A DNA stretch of 64,000 bases from Syntrophorhabdaceae bacterium (lineage in GTDB: Bacteria > Desulfobacterota > Syntrophorhabdia > Syntrophorhabdales > Syntrophorhabdaceae): contig CAXXUO010000002.1 in assembly GCA_963666485.2 (NCBI GenBank), positions 160,001-224,000 of the forward strand. The letters run 5' to 3'. Below the pieces are notes generated by a model, which was given only the letters and a program-made list of their open reading frames with translations, was not told where the DNA came from and did not search any database. Each line of letters opens with the position of its first letter. Within the stretch, counting starts at the first letter, position 1. Made by a program: the position numbers and the translations under genes. Positions 28,455 through 39,100 of the stretch are shown in pieces.

Positions 28455-29378
28455 CTATTTCCGGGACGCCATCCGGTCCACGACCGGGACCGCTTTCTGA
28501 GGATCATTCAGCTTCGTCACGCCGAATATATACGCACCCGACTGCCGGATGCACGTTCCCTTGTACAGCGGGTCGTTCACTATCAGGGTTGCCCCACCCT
28601 TGACGGCCGCCCTGTCGATCCTGACCCCCGATCTTTCGAGGTATTCAACGTAGCTGAGATAAGCGCCGGATGAATCGCCGGGAGAGGTGTTCAGGATCAC
28701 AAAAATTTTTCCCGTCTGGCCGTCAATTGTCATATCCGCGGTCAGGCCCTTTTTGAAGAACGCATACCCGAGGACACCATGCGCGATATACCGGACCGTA
28801 TCGGGTTTCACGCCGGGAATCGTTATCAGGGCTACCTCTCCGGGGGCAGAAGATTCCCCGGGCATCTTCCGGTCTATCTCCCGGGCAGCCGCGACGAGCT
28901 TATCTCTCGCTCCTGCCACTGTGCCGGACGCGGACAGGCGTACAAAGTACCGCCCCTTGTAAAACATGAGCTGGGAATCGTCGACAAACCCGTCGGCCCC
29001 GAGCTTTATTTTTTCTGCGTCCGGATCACGGTAATTCGAGTATATACCGAATGCATCGATATGCGATCCCATTGTATAGATATCGGCAACGATCCCTGAC
29101 GCGGTATCGCCGCCCGTACTGTAGAAGGCCGATGACAGCGAATCGAAGCCGTACGGCATGTAAAGTTCGGCCTCGCCGTTGATGTATGTGTAGAGGTTCC
29201 CGGCATTATAATGGCCGATGTTCCCGGACAACGCCCACCCCTGTAAAAAACCGGGCGCCGGCAGGAAATTGTCTGCATCCGCCGCACCGGCCGGTGAGCC
29301 GGATGCGAAGGAGAACGTGAGCATCATTGCCATGCCGACGATCAGGACCACATATCTCAGCCTTGTGCGCGCGATCAT
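28455..29378 (-). CDS. Secreted DUF6599-like protein
   Basis: Signal peptide; NLYTYINGEAELY..YGF, AFGIYS, F.KGRYFV motifs. Confidence 0.7.
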   Translation of the reverse strand: MIARTRLRYVVLIVGMAMMLTFSFASGSPAGAADADNFLPAPGFLQGWALSGNIGHYNAGNLYTYINGEAELYMPYGFDSLSSAFYSTGGDTASGIVADIYTMGSHIDAFGIYSNYRDPDAEKIKLGADGFVDDSQLMFYKGRYFVRLSASGTVAGARDKLVAAAREIDRKMPGESSAPGEVALITIPGVKPDTVRYIAHGVLGYAFFKKGLTADMTIDGQTGKIFVILNTSPGDSSGAYLSYVEYLERSGVRIDRAAVKGGATLIVNDPLYKGTCIRQSGAYIFGVTKLNDPQKAVPVVDRMASRK

Positions 29379-29390
29379 ACCGTTTTGTCC

Positions 29391-30566
29391 TTATGCATAC
29401 ATTGTCAGGGCCGTGCGCATCTTTGATGCGATATCGAGACCGTTCACACACTGCGCCGTGCACACGCTGCAGCCAAGGCACGCAGATGCCCGTGCCGCAG
29501 AGGGAAGCTCGTAATATGTCGACCGGGCAAGCTCCATGTTCCCGTAGCCCTGGGCATACATCAGCGACCTGTTTATCGTGCTTATCGCGACATGGTTGGG
29601 GCACGTCCCTTCGCATTCCCCGCACATATGGCAGTAATAGGGGCGGATCGCCTGCCCGTACCTCTTCAGGATCTCCTCGTCCTTTCCTGTGAGCTTCATT
29701 CCCATGACCGACATGTCCTCGCGGAGCATGCTCATGTCCTTCATGCCCGGGATCGCGGCGGTCACGTTGGTGTCGTCGAGGGCCCATTTCAATGCGGCCT
29801 GGTGGGGACTCAAGCCGCCGAGCGCCCCTGTCTGATATCCCCCCGCCTGCGTCTTCATCGCTATGACCCCGATCCCCGCCCCCGCGGCGCGCTTGATCGC
29901 CGCTTTCAACTCGGGAGGGCTCGTAAAGTTATAACCGACCAGCACGGTATCGAAAAATTTTTCGGGATCGTCGACCACGGCGTTCAGTACCTCGGCCTGG
30001 TTGGTATGGGTCGTGACGCCAAGGAAACGGACCTTCCCCTGTTTGCGAAGCTCGACGTACGCCTCGCGGACCTCCCGGGAGAATACACGTTCCTTGTCCG
30101 TCAGGTTGTGCATCTGAATGATGTCTACATGGTCCGTCTTGAGTTTTGTGAGGCTTGTTTCGACGTCCTCAAAAATTTCCTTCTTCGTGCTCGAAGAAGG
30201 CTTGGTCTTTGTGGCTATATACAATTTGTCGCGTATTCCCCGCACGGCCTGGCCGACAATCTCCTCGTTCCGGCCGTTCATGTACCGCCGTGCCGTGTCG
30301 ACATAATTCACTCCCAGGTCGAGAGCGGCCCGTATCACCTCGTGTTCAGGGGTCAGCATTGCCCCGAAACTGACAACTGTTATCTTGAGCCCCGTTCGTC
30401 CGAGCGTCCGGTAGACCGGGCTCGGGGGAAACGTGCCCGCCTGTCCCGCGGCGTTTTCCAGGACACCGCCGAGTCCGGTAAGGCCCGTGGCAACCGTCGC
30501 GGTAAAAGCGCTCAACTTCAGGAAATCCCTTCGGCTGATCCCTCCCGAACCGCTCTTTTTACCCAT
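29391..30566 (-). CDS. Aldo/keto reductase with a Tat signal and a C-terminal 4Fe-4S dicluster
   Basis: SRRDFLK; YRTLGRTG; DTA..Y; IATK; AMK; CHMCGEC...CP and CLGCSVC. Confidence 0.9.
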   Translation of the reverse strand: MGKKSGSGGISRRDFLKLSAFTATVATGLTGLGGVLENAAGQAGTFPPSPVYRTLGRTGLKITVVSFGAMLTPEHEVIRAALDLGVNYVDTARRYMNGRNEEIVGQAVRGIRDKLYIATKTKPSSSTKKEIFEDVETSLTKLKTDHVDIIQMHNLTDKERVFSREVREAYVELRKQGKVRFLGVTTHTNQAEVLNAVVDDPEKFFDTVLVGYNFTSPPELKAAIKRAAGAGIGVIAMKTQAGGYQTGALGGLSPHQAALKWALDDTNVTAAIPGMKDMSMLREDMSVMGMKLTGKDEEILKRYGQAIRPYYCHMCGECEGTCPNHVAISTINRSLMYAQGYGNMELARSTYYELPSAARASACLGCSVCTAQCVNGLDIASKMRTALTMYA

Positions 30567-30742
30567 ATACGCCTCCTTAAATCCGGGTATGTGTTATGGA
30601 TCATGCGACACCGGTCATATTCTATCAGGTCTTTGAGAAACGTGCACGCTATAAAAATTCCAATTTCACTTTGGCATTAAACTGTTGTTAAAAGGAGGGC
30701 GCGGATGGCTATCTTAAAGCATGCTGCGCGAATACAGGGGCC

Positions 30743-30931
30743 TTAACGGATGATCTGCCGGTAAACGGCCGCTTGTCCATCCGGGATATCGGGCACAGTC
30801 TTTATGACGCGCAGGGGGGGCTTCGCGGGCCCGGTCTTCGAACGGGTCAGTTTCATGGTGTTCATGATAATGCCCGGTATACACAGTGCGATCACGATAA
30901 GACCGATCTTGATAAAGAGTCTCAATTCCAT
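30743..30931 (-). CDS. Small single-TM hypothetical protein (62 aa)
   Basis: GGAGG RBS; N-terminal hydrophobic segment. Confidence 0.5.
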   Translation of the reverse strand: MELRLFIKIGLIVIALCIPGIIMNTMKLTRSKTGPAKPPLRVIKTVPDIPDGQAAVYRQIIR

Positions 30932-31138
30932 GTAAGCCTCCGCACGGGAAATGGATGGATACATTCCATTTATCGGCGGAAATGCTCCTTACTTAAATCC
31001 TTCCTCTCCCACCCCTGTTCCGATCATTCACCACACCTGTCTCATTCCCGATACAGTACTGTTTCACAGGTGAAGCATTTTTTTGCAAACAGCGTAAAGA
31101 ATCACATGTCTTTTCAACATGTTATATTTTACCTCACA

Positions 31139-31154
31139 TGGCATATTTATTGCT
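31139..31154 (+). promoter_or_regulatory. Putative sigma-54 (-24/-12) promoter of the two-kinase operon
   Basis: TGGCATATTTATTGCT fits GG-N10-GC; IHF-like TTTCAACATGTTA at about 31112-31124. Confidence 0.5.
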
Positions 31155-31320
31155 GTATAATGATTGCACAGCATACCACACGTGTGTTCGCTTACGACGA
31201 TCTCAATAACGGCGAGGCACACCGGAATAATAGAAATGCTCCATTTGTGCTCAAGGGGGATGTTTGGCTGATAGAAGCCTTGAGGATACCGGCGATCGCG
31301 AGAGGGCCTCGACGGGGAAC

Positions 31321-34300
31321 ATGCCGATCTTTAAGAGCAAGGGAATAGCCTTACTGGGCGCCGCTATTCTCGTTGCGGCAATTGCGCTGGTGATCTGGAC
31401 GATCGTGAAAACGGACCGGCAGATGCGGGTTGACATTATCCGCCAGGCGTACTTCATGGCCCAGGCCGCGAACGTGAACCGCGTCAGGGCGTTGACGGGT
31501 ACCGACGCCGACCTTTCATTTTCTTCTTATCAGAGACTCAAGGAACAGTTCGCAACCGCAAAGCAAATAAACGATAAGACCCGTTCGATCTATCTCATGG
31601 GCCGCAGGCTCGACGGCGCGATCATTTCCCTTACGGACACGGAAGAGCCCGGTTCGAGAAAGTATCTGCCTCCCGGCCAGGTTTTCCAGGAGGTCCCGGA
31701 AAGCCTTCGCCAGGTCTTCGCCACGCATGACCCGGTGGCACGGGGGCCCTATACGGACAAGGAGGGTACATGGATAACGGCCCTCGTGCCCATATACGAT
31801 CCCCAGACCGTGGCAACCGGGATTGCGACCCCCGCCGACGCGCAATCCATGGTGCATAAGGCACGGGAATTTTTACGCAAGAACGGGCGGGACCGCTTGC
31901 TGGATGAGGCCGGCAGGCCCGGCGGACAATTCCAGAAGGGCGATCTTTATGTATTCGTCTATGACCGGAACATGACGCTTCTCGCACACCCTGTCAAAAT
32001 CGCCCTTGTCGGCCAGAATCAACTCGATAAAAAAGACTGGTCGGGCGGCAAATACTTCCACAGGGAGATCCAGAAGGTGGCCCTGTCGAAAGGGAAGGGG
32101 TGGGTGGATTACGAGGCGGAAAACCCCGAAAAAAAACGATGGGAACTCAAGACGACATATGTCGAGGAAGCATCGGGTCTGATCATATGCGCAGGCGTCT
32201 TTAAGGGCTCGGGGGCGACGCTCCTCGCCGTGCTCGGCATGGACATCGATGCCGGCGGGTGGAACATGGCGCTTATCCGCTCGGTATTTCTTCCCTCATG
32301 CTGCGTGCTGGCACTGCTCTTCGTCGTCGCAGCAGGTGTGGTACTCTCCCGGTACTCCTTAAGGCCCGCCGCCCCATCATTTCTGCAGCGAAACCTCGAG
32401 ACCGTCATCGTCGTGGTGATCGGCTGCATCCTGACACTGCTCATTGCGACAACTGCCCTCGAGTCGGACAACAATGACCGGCAGGAGTCTTTTATCCAAT
32501 TGGCCGAGGTCCGCAGCGATGCGATCGCGGAAATACTGCGTGATGTACGGGATATTCACCTGGAAGGCCTGTCGAGCTTTTTTGAGAGCGACGCGGCGAT
32601 CACGCAGGAAACGTTCAGCCGGTACTGCGGATACCTGATGAAAAACCCGGCAATACAGGCCTGGGAATGGATACCCGCGGTAAAAGCAGCGGAAAGGCGT
32701 GCCTTTGAGCAAAAGATGCGGGCACGGGGCATGCCGGGTTTTCATGTATGGCAAAAGGATGAAGCCGGCAAACCGGAGCCCGTAACCGCGAGGGATGAAT
32801 ATTATCCGGTTTCTCTCATAGCCCCGCTTGCGGGCAACGAAAAGGCCCTTGGCTATGACCTGGGGTCCGAAACCCTCCGCCGTACGGCCCTCCAGGAGGC
32901 ACTCTACAGGCGCCTTCCCGCCGCGACGAATGCGATAAAGCTCGTTCAGGAAACGGGTATTCAAAAAGGCGTACTCGTTTACCGTCCGATTTTCAGCAAG
33001 GATGATCCGCAGCGGATCAGAGGATTTGTCCTGGCGGTCCTCAGGATGGGAAGCCTCCTGAAAAGTGCTGTTTCCGATAATTCCGCCTTCATTGAGCTCG
33101 CCCTGCTCAAACCGGATGCCGCCCCCGAGGTACTCGCCCGATCGGCCGACATCCCCTTTGCGGCCTCCCGCCTCGCCGTGACCCGTCCCGTTTTCGCCTT
33201 CGGGAAAGTGTTCGCCGTCAGGGCCTACGCCGGACCGGGTTTTCTGCGCCTCCACCCCGCCCGCGAGGCATGGCTGACCATTCTCGTCGGGCTGCTGCTC
33301 ACGGCCGCGCTCTCCGTCTTCATCGCCCTCATGAAGCGTAAAGGGCAGGAACTCGAGGACCTCGTCACCGAGCGTACGCACGCCTTGAGGGAAAGCCAGG
33401 AACGCCTCTCCGCAACATTCCGCTCGATGGGTGATGCGGTGGTCGTCGTCGACGTGAACGGGAACGTAACCGGTGTGAACACCGTGGCGGAAAAGCTCAC
33501 CGGGTGGAGCCTTGGAGACGCCCGGGGACAAGCGGTGGAAAGTGTCCTTCGCATTGTCCACGCCAAGACACGGCAGGAGGTGGCAAACCCTGTCCGCCAG
33601 GCACTGGCAGAAAACAAGACCATCGGCCTGGCCAACCACACGGTCCTCATTGCGCGTGACGGCACGGAATACCAGATAGCGGACAGCTGCGCGCCCATAC
33701 ACGATGCATCCAATGAGGTCATCGGGGCCGTCCTTGTCTTCAGGGACGTGACCGTGGAATACCGGCAACGTGAAAAGCTGCGCGAGACAGAGGCCCTGCA
33801 GCGGGTACTGCTGGCGAATCTGCCTGCGGGTGTCATCATTGTCGATCCCGTGACGCGGGTGATCGAGAACATCAACAATGCCGCCGCGGAGATGTTCGGG
33901 GCACAGGCGGGATCTATCCTCGGGAACCGGTGCCACCACTTCCTCTGCCCGGCGCAGGAAAACGCATGCCCTGTCCTTGACCTCGGAAAGACGCTGGACA
34001 ATACAGAGCACGAGATGGTCTGCAGTGACCGGACCATGCGGCCCATCCTGAAATCCGTGAAAAAGATCCAGATCGACGGACAGGATAAACTTATGGAATG
34101 TTTCGTCGATATCACGGCACGCAAAAAGGCCGAGGAATCGCTCCGCCTCGCGACCGAACAGGCACATAAGCTCGCGGAGGAAGCCGCCGCCGCGAACGCC
34201 GCCAAGAGCGAATTCCTCGCGAATATGAGCCACGAGATCCGCACGCCGATGAATGGTGTCATCGGGATGACGGGCCTTCTCCTCGATACCGACTTGAGCG

Positions 34301-36153
34301 ATGATCAGCGCCGTTTCGCCGAAACGGTGCGCTCGAGCGGGGAGTCGCTTCTCGGGCTTATCAACGACATCCTGGATTTTTCAAAGATAGAGGCCGGGAA
34401 ACTGGACCTCGAGGTGCTGGATTTCAACCTCAGGGTGCTCCTCGAGGACTTCTCGGCAATGATGGCCCTGCGCGCCCACGACAAAGGCCTCGAATTCATC
34501 TGTGCGGCCAACCCGGATGTTCCTGCCCTGCTTCGCGGCGATCCGGGACGGCTGCGCCAGGTCCTGACCAATCTCGTCGGCAACGCACTGAAATTTACAC
34601 ATGCCGGTGAAATAGCCGTACGCGTTTCCCTCACGTCCGAAACCGGCGATGAGGTCCTGCTCCATTTTTCTGTCCGGGACACGGGGATCGGCATCCCCTC
34701 CGACAGGCAGGACATACTTTTCCAGAAATTCACGCAGGCCGACGCGTCGACCACCCGAAAATACGGCGGCACAGGCCTCGGCCTTGCGATAGCAAAACAG
34801 CTGGCCGAAATGATGGGCGGAGAAATAGGGGTCATAAGCTCGGAAGGCGCGGGTTCCGAATTCTGGTTCACCTGCCGCTTCAGCAGGCAAAGCGGGGAAT
34901 ACGTGGAAGCTCCGCCTCCTGCCGGGATCCGCGGCGTGCGCGTCCTCGTGGTCGACGATAATGCGACGAACCGCGAGATACTCGCGGCCCAACTCAGGTC
35001 GTGGGATGTGAGGACCGAGGATGTACCGGACGGGGCATCGGCCCTGCGGTCACTCTATAACGCGCGGGACGCAGGCGATCCATTCCGTGCAGCCATCATC
35101 GATATGCAGATGCCCGGCATGAACGGGGTGACACTGGGCCGCGCCATTCGCAGCGATGAGACCCTCGGTGACACACGGCTGATCCTCTTCTCCTCGCTGG
35201 GGCAGAGAGGGGATGCGAGAAAGATGCAGGATGCCGGATTTTCCGGATACCTCACAAAACCGGCCCGTCAATCGGAACTGGTGGAATGCCTGGCGGCGGT
35301 CCTGTCCCCGAATGCCGGGACCTTGCGGCAGCAGCCCATCATAACCCGCCACGCGGTCCACGAGATGAAACGGCTCCGTATTCTCCTGGCCGAGGACAAC
35401 ATTACCAATCAGCAGGTTGCGATGGCTATCCTGAAAAAGCTCGGGTACCGGGTCGATGTGGTTGCGAACGGTACTGAAGCGATCAGGGCACTCGAGTTAA
35501 TTCCCTATGATCTTGTCCTCATGGATGTGCAGATGCCGGAAATGGACGGTCGTGAAGCGACACGCCGCATCCGGGGCCCGGAGACGAACGTACTCGATCA
35601 TTCCATACCGATCATAGCAATGACGGCACACGCCATGAAGCGCGACCGGGACCAGTGCCTGGAAGCGGGGATGAACGACTTTCTGTCAAAACCGGTACGG
35701 TCCGAGGCCCTTGCCGGTATGCTTGAAAAATGGCTTCCCACGGAAGGTCTCCGGGGTACCGGAAAAGAGACCGTCGCGTCCGGGGCACAAGATGCCGGGC
35801 AGACCACCACCCTTCACCCGGAGCCGGTCTTTGACAGGGAGGGCATGCTGGACCGCATGATGGGTGACGAAGAACTGGCGCAAACGGTGATCGACGGGTT
35901 CTTCACCGATATGCCGCGCCAGATCAGGTCGCTCAAGGAATACCTCGATGCCGGGGATGCCGCGGGGGCGCAGAGGCAGGCCCACAGCATGAAAGGCGCC
36001 TCGGCCAACATCGGGGCCGAGCGTCTTCGCAAAATTGCATACGAGATGGAAATGAAGGCACAGGAAAACGAGCTTGCGTGGGTAACAGCACACCTGACAG
36101 AACTGGAGGTCCGGTTCAACGAATTGCGCCAAGTCGTTCTCAGGCAAACCTGA
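31321..36153 (+). CDS. Unorthodox hybrid histidine kinase (Cache, CHASE, 2xPAS, HisKA, HATPase, 2xREC, HPt)
   Basis: FLANMSHEIRTPMNG, GDPGRLRQVL.NL, GGTGLGL, two receivers, AHSMKGAS HPt; CHASE-like ALGYDL. Confidence 0.95.
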   Translation: MPIFKSKGIALLGAAILVAAIALVIWTIVKTDRQMRVDIIRQAYFMAQAANVNRVRALTGTDADLSFSSYQRLKEQFATAKQINDKTRSIYLMGRRLDGAIISLTDTEEPGSRKYLPPGQVFQEVPESLRQVFATHDPVARGPYTDKEGTWITALVPIYDPQTVATGIATPADAQSMVHKAREFLRKNGRDRLLDEAGRPGGQFQKGDLYVFVYDRNMTLLAHPVKIALVGQNQLDKKDWSGGKYFHREIQKVALSKGKGWVDYEAENPEKKRWELKTTYVEEASGLIICAGVFKGSGATLLAVLGMDIDAGGWNMALIRSVFLPSCCVLALLFVVAAGVVLSRYSLRPAAPSFLQRNLETVIVVVIGCILTLLIATTALESDNNDRQESFIQLAEVRSDAIAEILRDVRDIHLEGLSSFFESDAAITQETFSRYCGYLMKNPAIQAWEWIPAVKAAERRAFEQKMRARGMPGFHVWQKDEAGKPEPVTARDEYYPVSLIAPLAGNEKALGYDLGSETLRRTALQEALYRRLPAATNAIKLVQETGIQKGVLVYRPIFSKDDPQRIRGFVLAVLRMGSLLKSAVSDNSAFIELALLKPDAAPEVLARSADIPFAASRLAVTRPVFAFGKVFAVRAYAGPGFLRLHPAREAWLTILVGLLLTAALSVFIALMKRKGQELEDLVTERTHALRESQERLSATFRSMGDAVVVVDVNGNVTGVNTVAEKLTGWSLGDARGQAVESVLRIVHAKTRQEVANPVRQALAENKTIGLANHTVLIARDGTEYQIADSCAPIHDASNEVIGAVLVFRDVTVEYRQREKLRETEALQRVLLANLPAGVIIVDPVTRVIENINNAAAEMFGAQAGSILGNRCHHFLCPAQENACPVLDLGKTLDNTEHEMVCSDRTMRPILKSVKKIQIDGQDKLMECFVDITARKKAEESLRLATEQAHKLAEEAAAANAAKSEFLANMSHEIRTPMNGVIGMTGLLLDTDLSDDQRRFAETVRSSGESLLGLINDILDFSKIEAGKLDLEVLDFNLRVLLEDFSAMMALRAHDKGLEFICAANPDVPALLRGDPGRLRQVLTNLVGNALKFTHAGEIAVRVSLTSETGDEVLLHFSVRDTGIGIPSDRQDILFQKFTQADASTTRKYGGTGLGLAIAKQLAEMMGGEIGVISSEGAGSEFWFTCRFSRQSGEYVEAPPPAGIRGVRVLVVDDNATNREILAAQLRSWDVRTEDVPDGASALRSLYNARDAGDPFRAAIIDMQMPGMNGVTLGRAIRSDETLGDTRLILFSSLGQRGDARKMQDAGFSGYLTKPARQSELVECLAAVLSPNAGTLRQQPIITRHAVHEMKRLRILLAEDNITNQQVAMAILKKLGYRVDVVANGTEAIRALELIPYDLVLMDVQMPEMDGREATRRIRGPETNVLDHSIPIIAMTAHAMKRDRDQCLEAGMNDFLSKPVRSEALAGMLEKWLPTEGLRGTGKETVASGAQDAGQTTTLHPEPVFDREGMLDRMMGDEELAQTVIDGFFTDMPRQIRSLKEYLDAGDAAGAQRQAHSMKGASANIGAERLRKIAYEMEMKAQENELAWVTAHLTELEVRFNELRQVVLRQT

Positions 36154-36188
36154 CGCGAGGCGCCGAACCGGGACAGGGGACAACCGCT

Positions 36189-39100
36189 ATGACCGGAAAA
36201 CAGACTGCTCCGAAACCGGAACACGGGTACCGAAACTTTTTCTCCTTTTTATCCAGGCGTCACACAGAGCTTTCAACGAAACCCGTATTGGCCCATCTCC
36301 TCTTCCCCCTGGTAACGGTGGTAATAGTCCTCGCCGGCGGCGGCGGTATCCTCTTCTGGATGCATCACCGTGCCACACTGGAAGGCAAAACCAGTTCGTA
36401 CGTAAACACCGTCAAGACGGAATTTCACATGGCCCTGGACGAACAGGCCTCGGGATTAACGGGCACGCTCCAGTTCTTCGTCGACAACAACGGCCTGCGC
36501 GCGGCCCTGCGCTCCGGGGACCGCAACCGGCTGCTTTCGGACTGGAAGCCCGTGTTCGAGAAATTGAACCGGCGCATCAGCCTCTCGCATCTTTATTTCA
36601 TGGACAGGCACCGGCGCTGTATCCTCAGGGTCCATAAACCGGATGCAGCCGGTGACATCATTGACCGCTTCACCGCGATCGAGGCAGAGCGAACGGGTGG
36701 AATCTCATCGGGTATAGAATTAGGCCCCCTGGGCACTTTCACTTTACGGGTCGTCCAGCCCGTCTTTGAGGGGAGCGAACTCATCGGTTATGTCGAGCTG
36801 GGGAAGGAGATAGAGGACGTACTCCAAACCCTGCAAAAATTCTATTACGACCAGTGGCTCATCATGATCGACAAAAAATACCTGAACAGGCGGGGTTGGG
36901 AAAGCGGCATGAAAATGCTTGGCCGGGAAGCCACCTGGGACCGGTTGAAAAACAATGCGATCACCTATTCTTCCCAGGGTGATCTGCCCGGGTCCCTTGC
37001 GTCGTGGGCAGATACCGCCCACGAAGGGTCCAACCTTGAATACACCTCCGGCGGCAAGAGCTGGCAGGCCGCTGCAGCCTGTCTGAAAGACGCCTCCGGC
37101 AGGGAGGTCGGCCATCTTCTCGTGATCCGTGACATCACCGCGGAGAAACGCGCCTTCACGAGGTCCGTTCTGCTTGCGGGCTTCGCCGGGACGCTGCTTT
37201 TCGCTCTATTCCTGGCAGTCATATATGTTCTTCTCCGCCGCACCGACTCATGGATCACTGCCCAGCAGAAAGCCCTGAAGGACAGTGAAGAATCGTACCG
37301 CAACCAGTTCGCCTACAACCAGGCCGTCATGCTTCTCATAGACCCGGTGGACGGGGCGATAGTCGACGCAAATATCGCGGCCGTAAAATTTTACGGTTAC
37401 CCCGTGGAAAAGCTCCTGTCGCTGCGCTTAACGGACATCAACACTCTTTCAGATAACGAGGTCTTCGAGGCCATGGCGTCGGTCCCCGCATGGAACGGCA
37501 AGAGGTTCAATTTCCGGCACCGCCTGGCGGACGGGAGCGCCAGGGATGTCGAGGTCTCCTCGACCCCCATACAGTTTGGAAAAAGCGTCGTGCTCCATTC
37601 GATCATTCACGATATTACCGACCGCAAGCGCGCTGAGCAGGAACTGAAAGACTCCAACGCGTACAACGCCCGCATCTTAAAATTCAACAGGGCCCTCCTT
37701 TCGGCCATCCCTACCCCGGTATTCTATGAAGACCGGGATGGAAGGTATCTCGGCTGCAACCCGGCATTCACGGAATTGATCGGGGTATCTGAAGACGACA
37801 TACGGGGGAAGATGGCGCAGGAGGTGTGGCCTGCACGGCATTCGGATGTGTACCGACAAAAGGACGCGGAAATGCTGATGAACCCGGGACGCCAGGTCTA
37901 CGAGTCCACGGTGGTGGACAGGAACGGGCAGGAACGCACGGTGATCTTTGCGAAAGACGTGTTCCACGACGAACAGGGGAATGTCGCGGGCATAGTGGGC
38001 TCGTTCCAGGACATAACGGACTACAGGACAGCGGAAGACGGCATGAACACCGCATTGTCGCTGCTCAACGCAGCGCTCGAAGCGACGGCCGACGGCATAC
38101 TCATAGTCGGCTCGGGCGACGAAAGAACGGTCACCGGCTACAACAGGAAGTTCCTCGAACTCTGGCGCATACCTCCGCGAATGGCGGAAGATGCCAGGGA
38201 CGACGAACTGCTCCAGTTCGTCATCGGACAGATCAAGGACCCCGGCGCGTTTATGGAAAGAGTCGATTTCCTCTATTTGGAACCCGAAAAACAGAGTTTC
38301 GATGTCATAGAGCTGAGCGACGGGCGGATGTTCGAACGGTTCTCCCAGCCACAGCGAATTGGAGAAAAGATCATAGGCAGGGTGTGGAGTTTCCGGGACG
38401 TCTCGGACCGCAAGAAGGTCCTCGAGGCGCTGTCGGAAAGTGAAGAAAAATTCCGCCTGCTCTTCGAACGATCGGTAGACCCGATCCTTCTCATTGACAA
38501 CAACAGGTGGGCCGAGTGCAATGCCGCGGCACTGCAGATCATGGGATGCGTGAACAAAGACCAGCTTCTGGGGCTTCACCCGTCCGATATATCTCCCGAA
38601 CTTCAACCGGACGGCCTGCCTTCGCTGGAAAAGGCCAACGAGATCCTTCGAAAAGCGATGGTAAACGGGTCGGATTATTTTGAGTGGGTCCATCGCGACG
38701 TAGATGGCAATGATTTCTGGGTCGACGTTTCATTGACCGTGATCCCGATCAGGGGCAAACGGATATTCTACACCGTATGGAGGGACATTACCGCACGCAA
38801 ACGGGCGGAAAAAAAGATCAATGACACCCTGAAAGAAAAGGATGCCCTGCTCAAAGAGATCCAGCACAGGGTGAAAAACAGCCTGCTCACCATCTCCGGT
38901 ATCCTCGCCCTTCAGCGTGACCAGGCTGAAAACGATGAGGTAAAAGATGCGATCATCACAAGCTTGAACCGGCTGACCGCAATGACCAAGATACACAGCA
39001 GGCTGTACCGTTCCGACGATTATTCTTCCATCGATTTCGGGGAATACATCCGGGAGATGATCCCGGAGATCTGCCGTTCGTATGGTTTTCCGGCCCGAAA

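Noticed and set aside
32377..34262. 618-aa and 345-aa minus-strand ORFs
   Set aside because: Antisense to the well-supported hybrid kinase in GC-rich DNA
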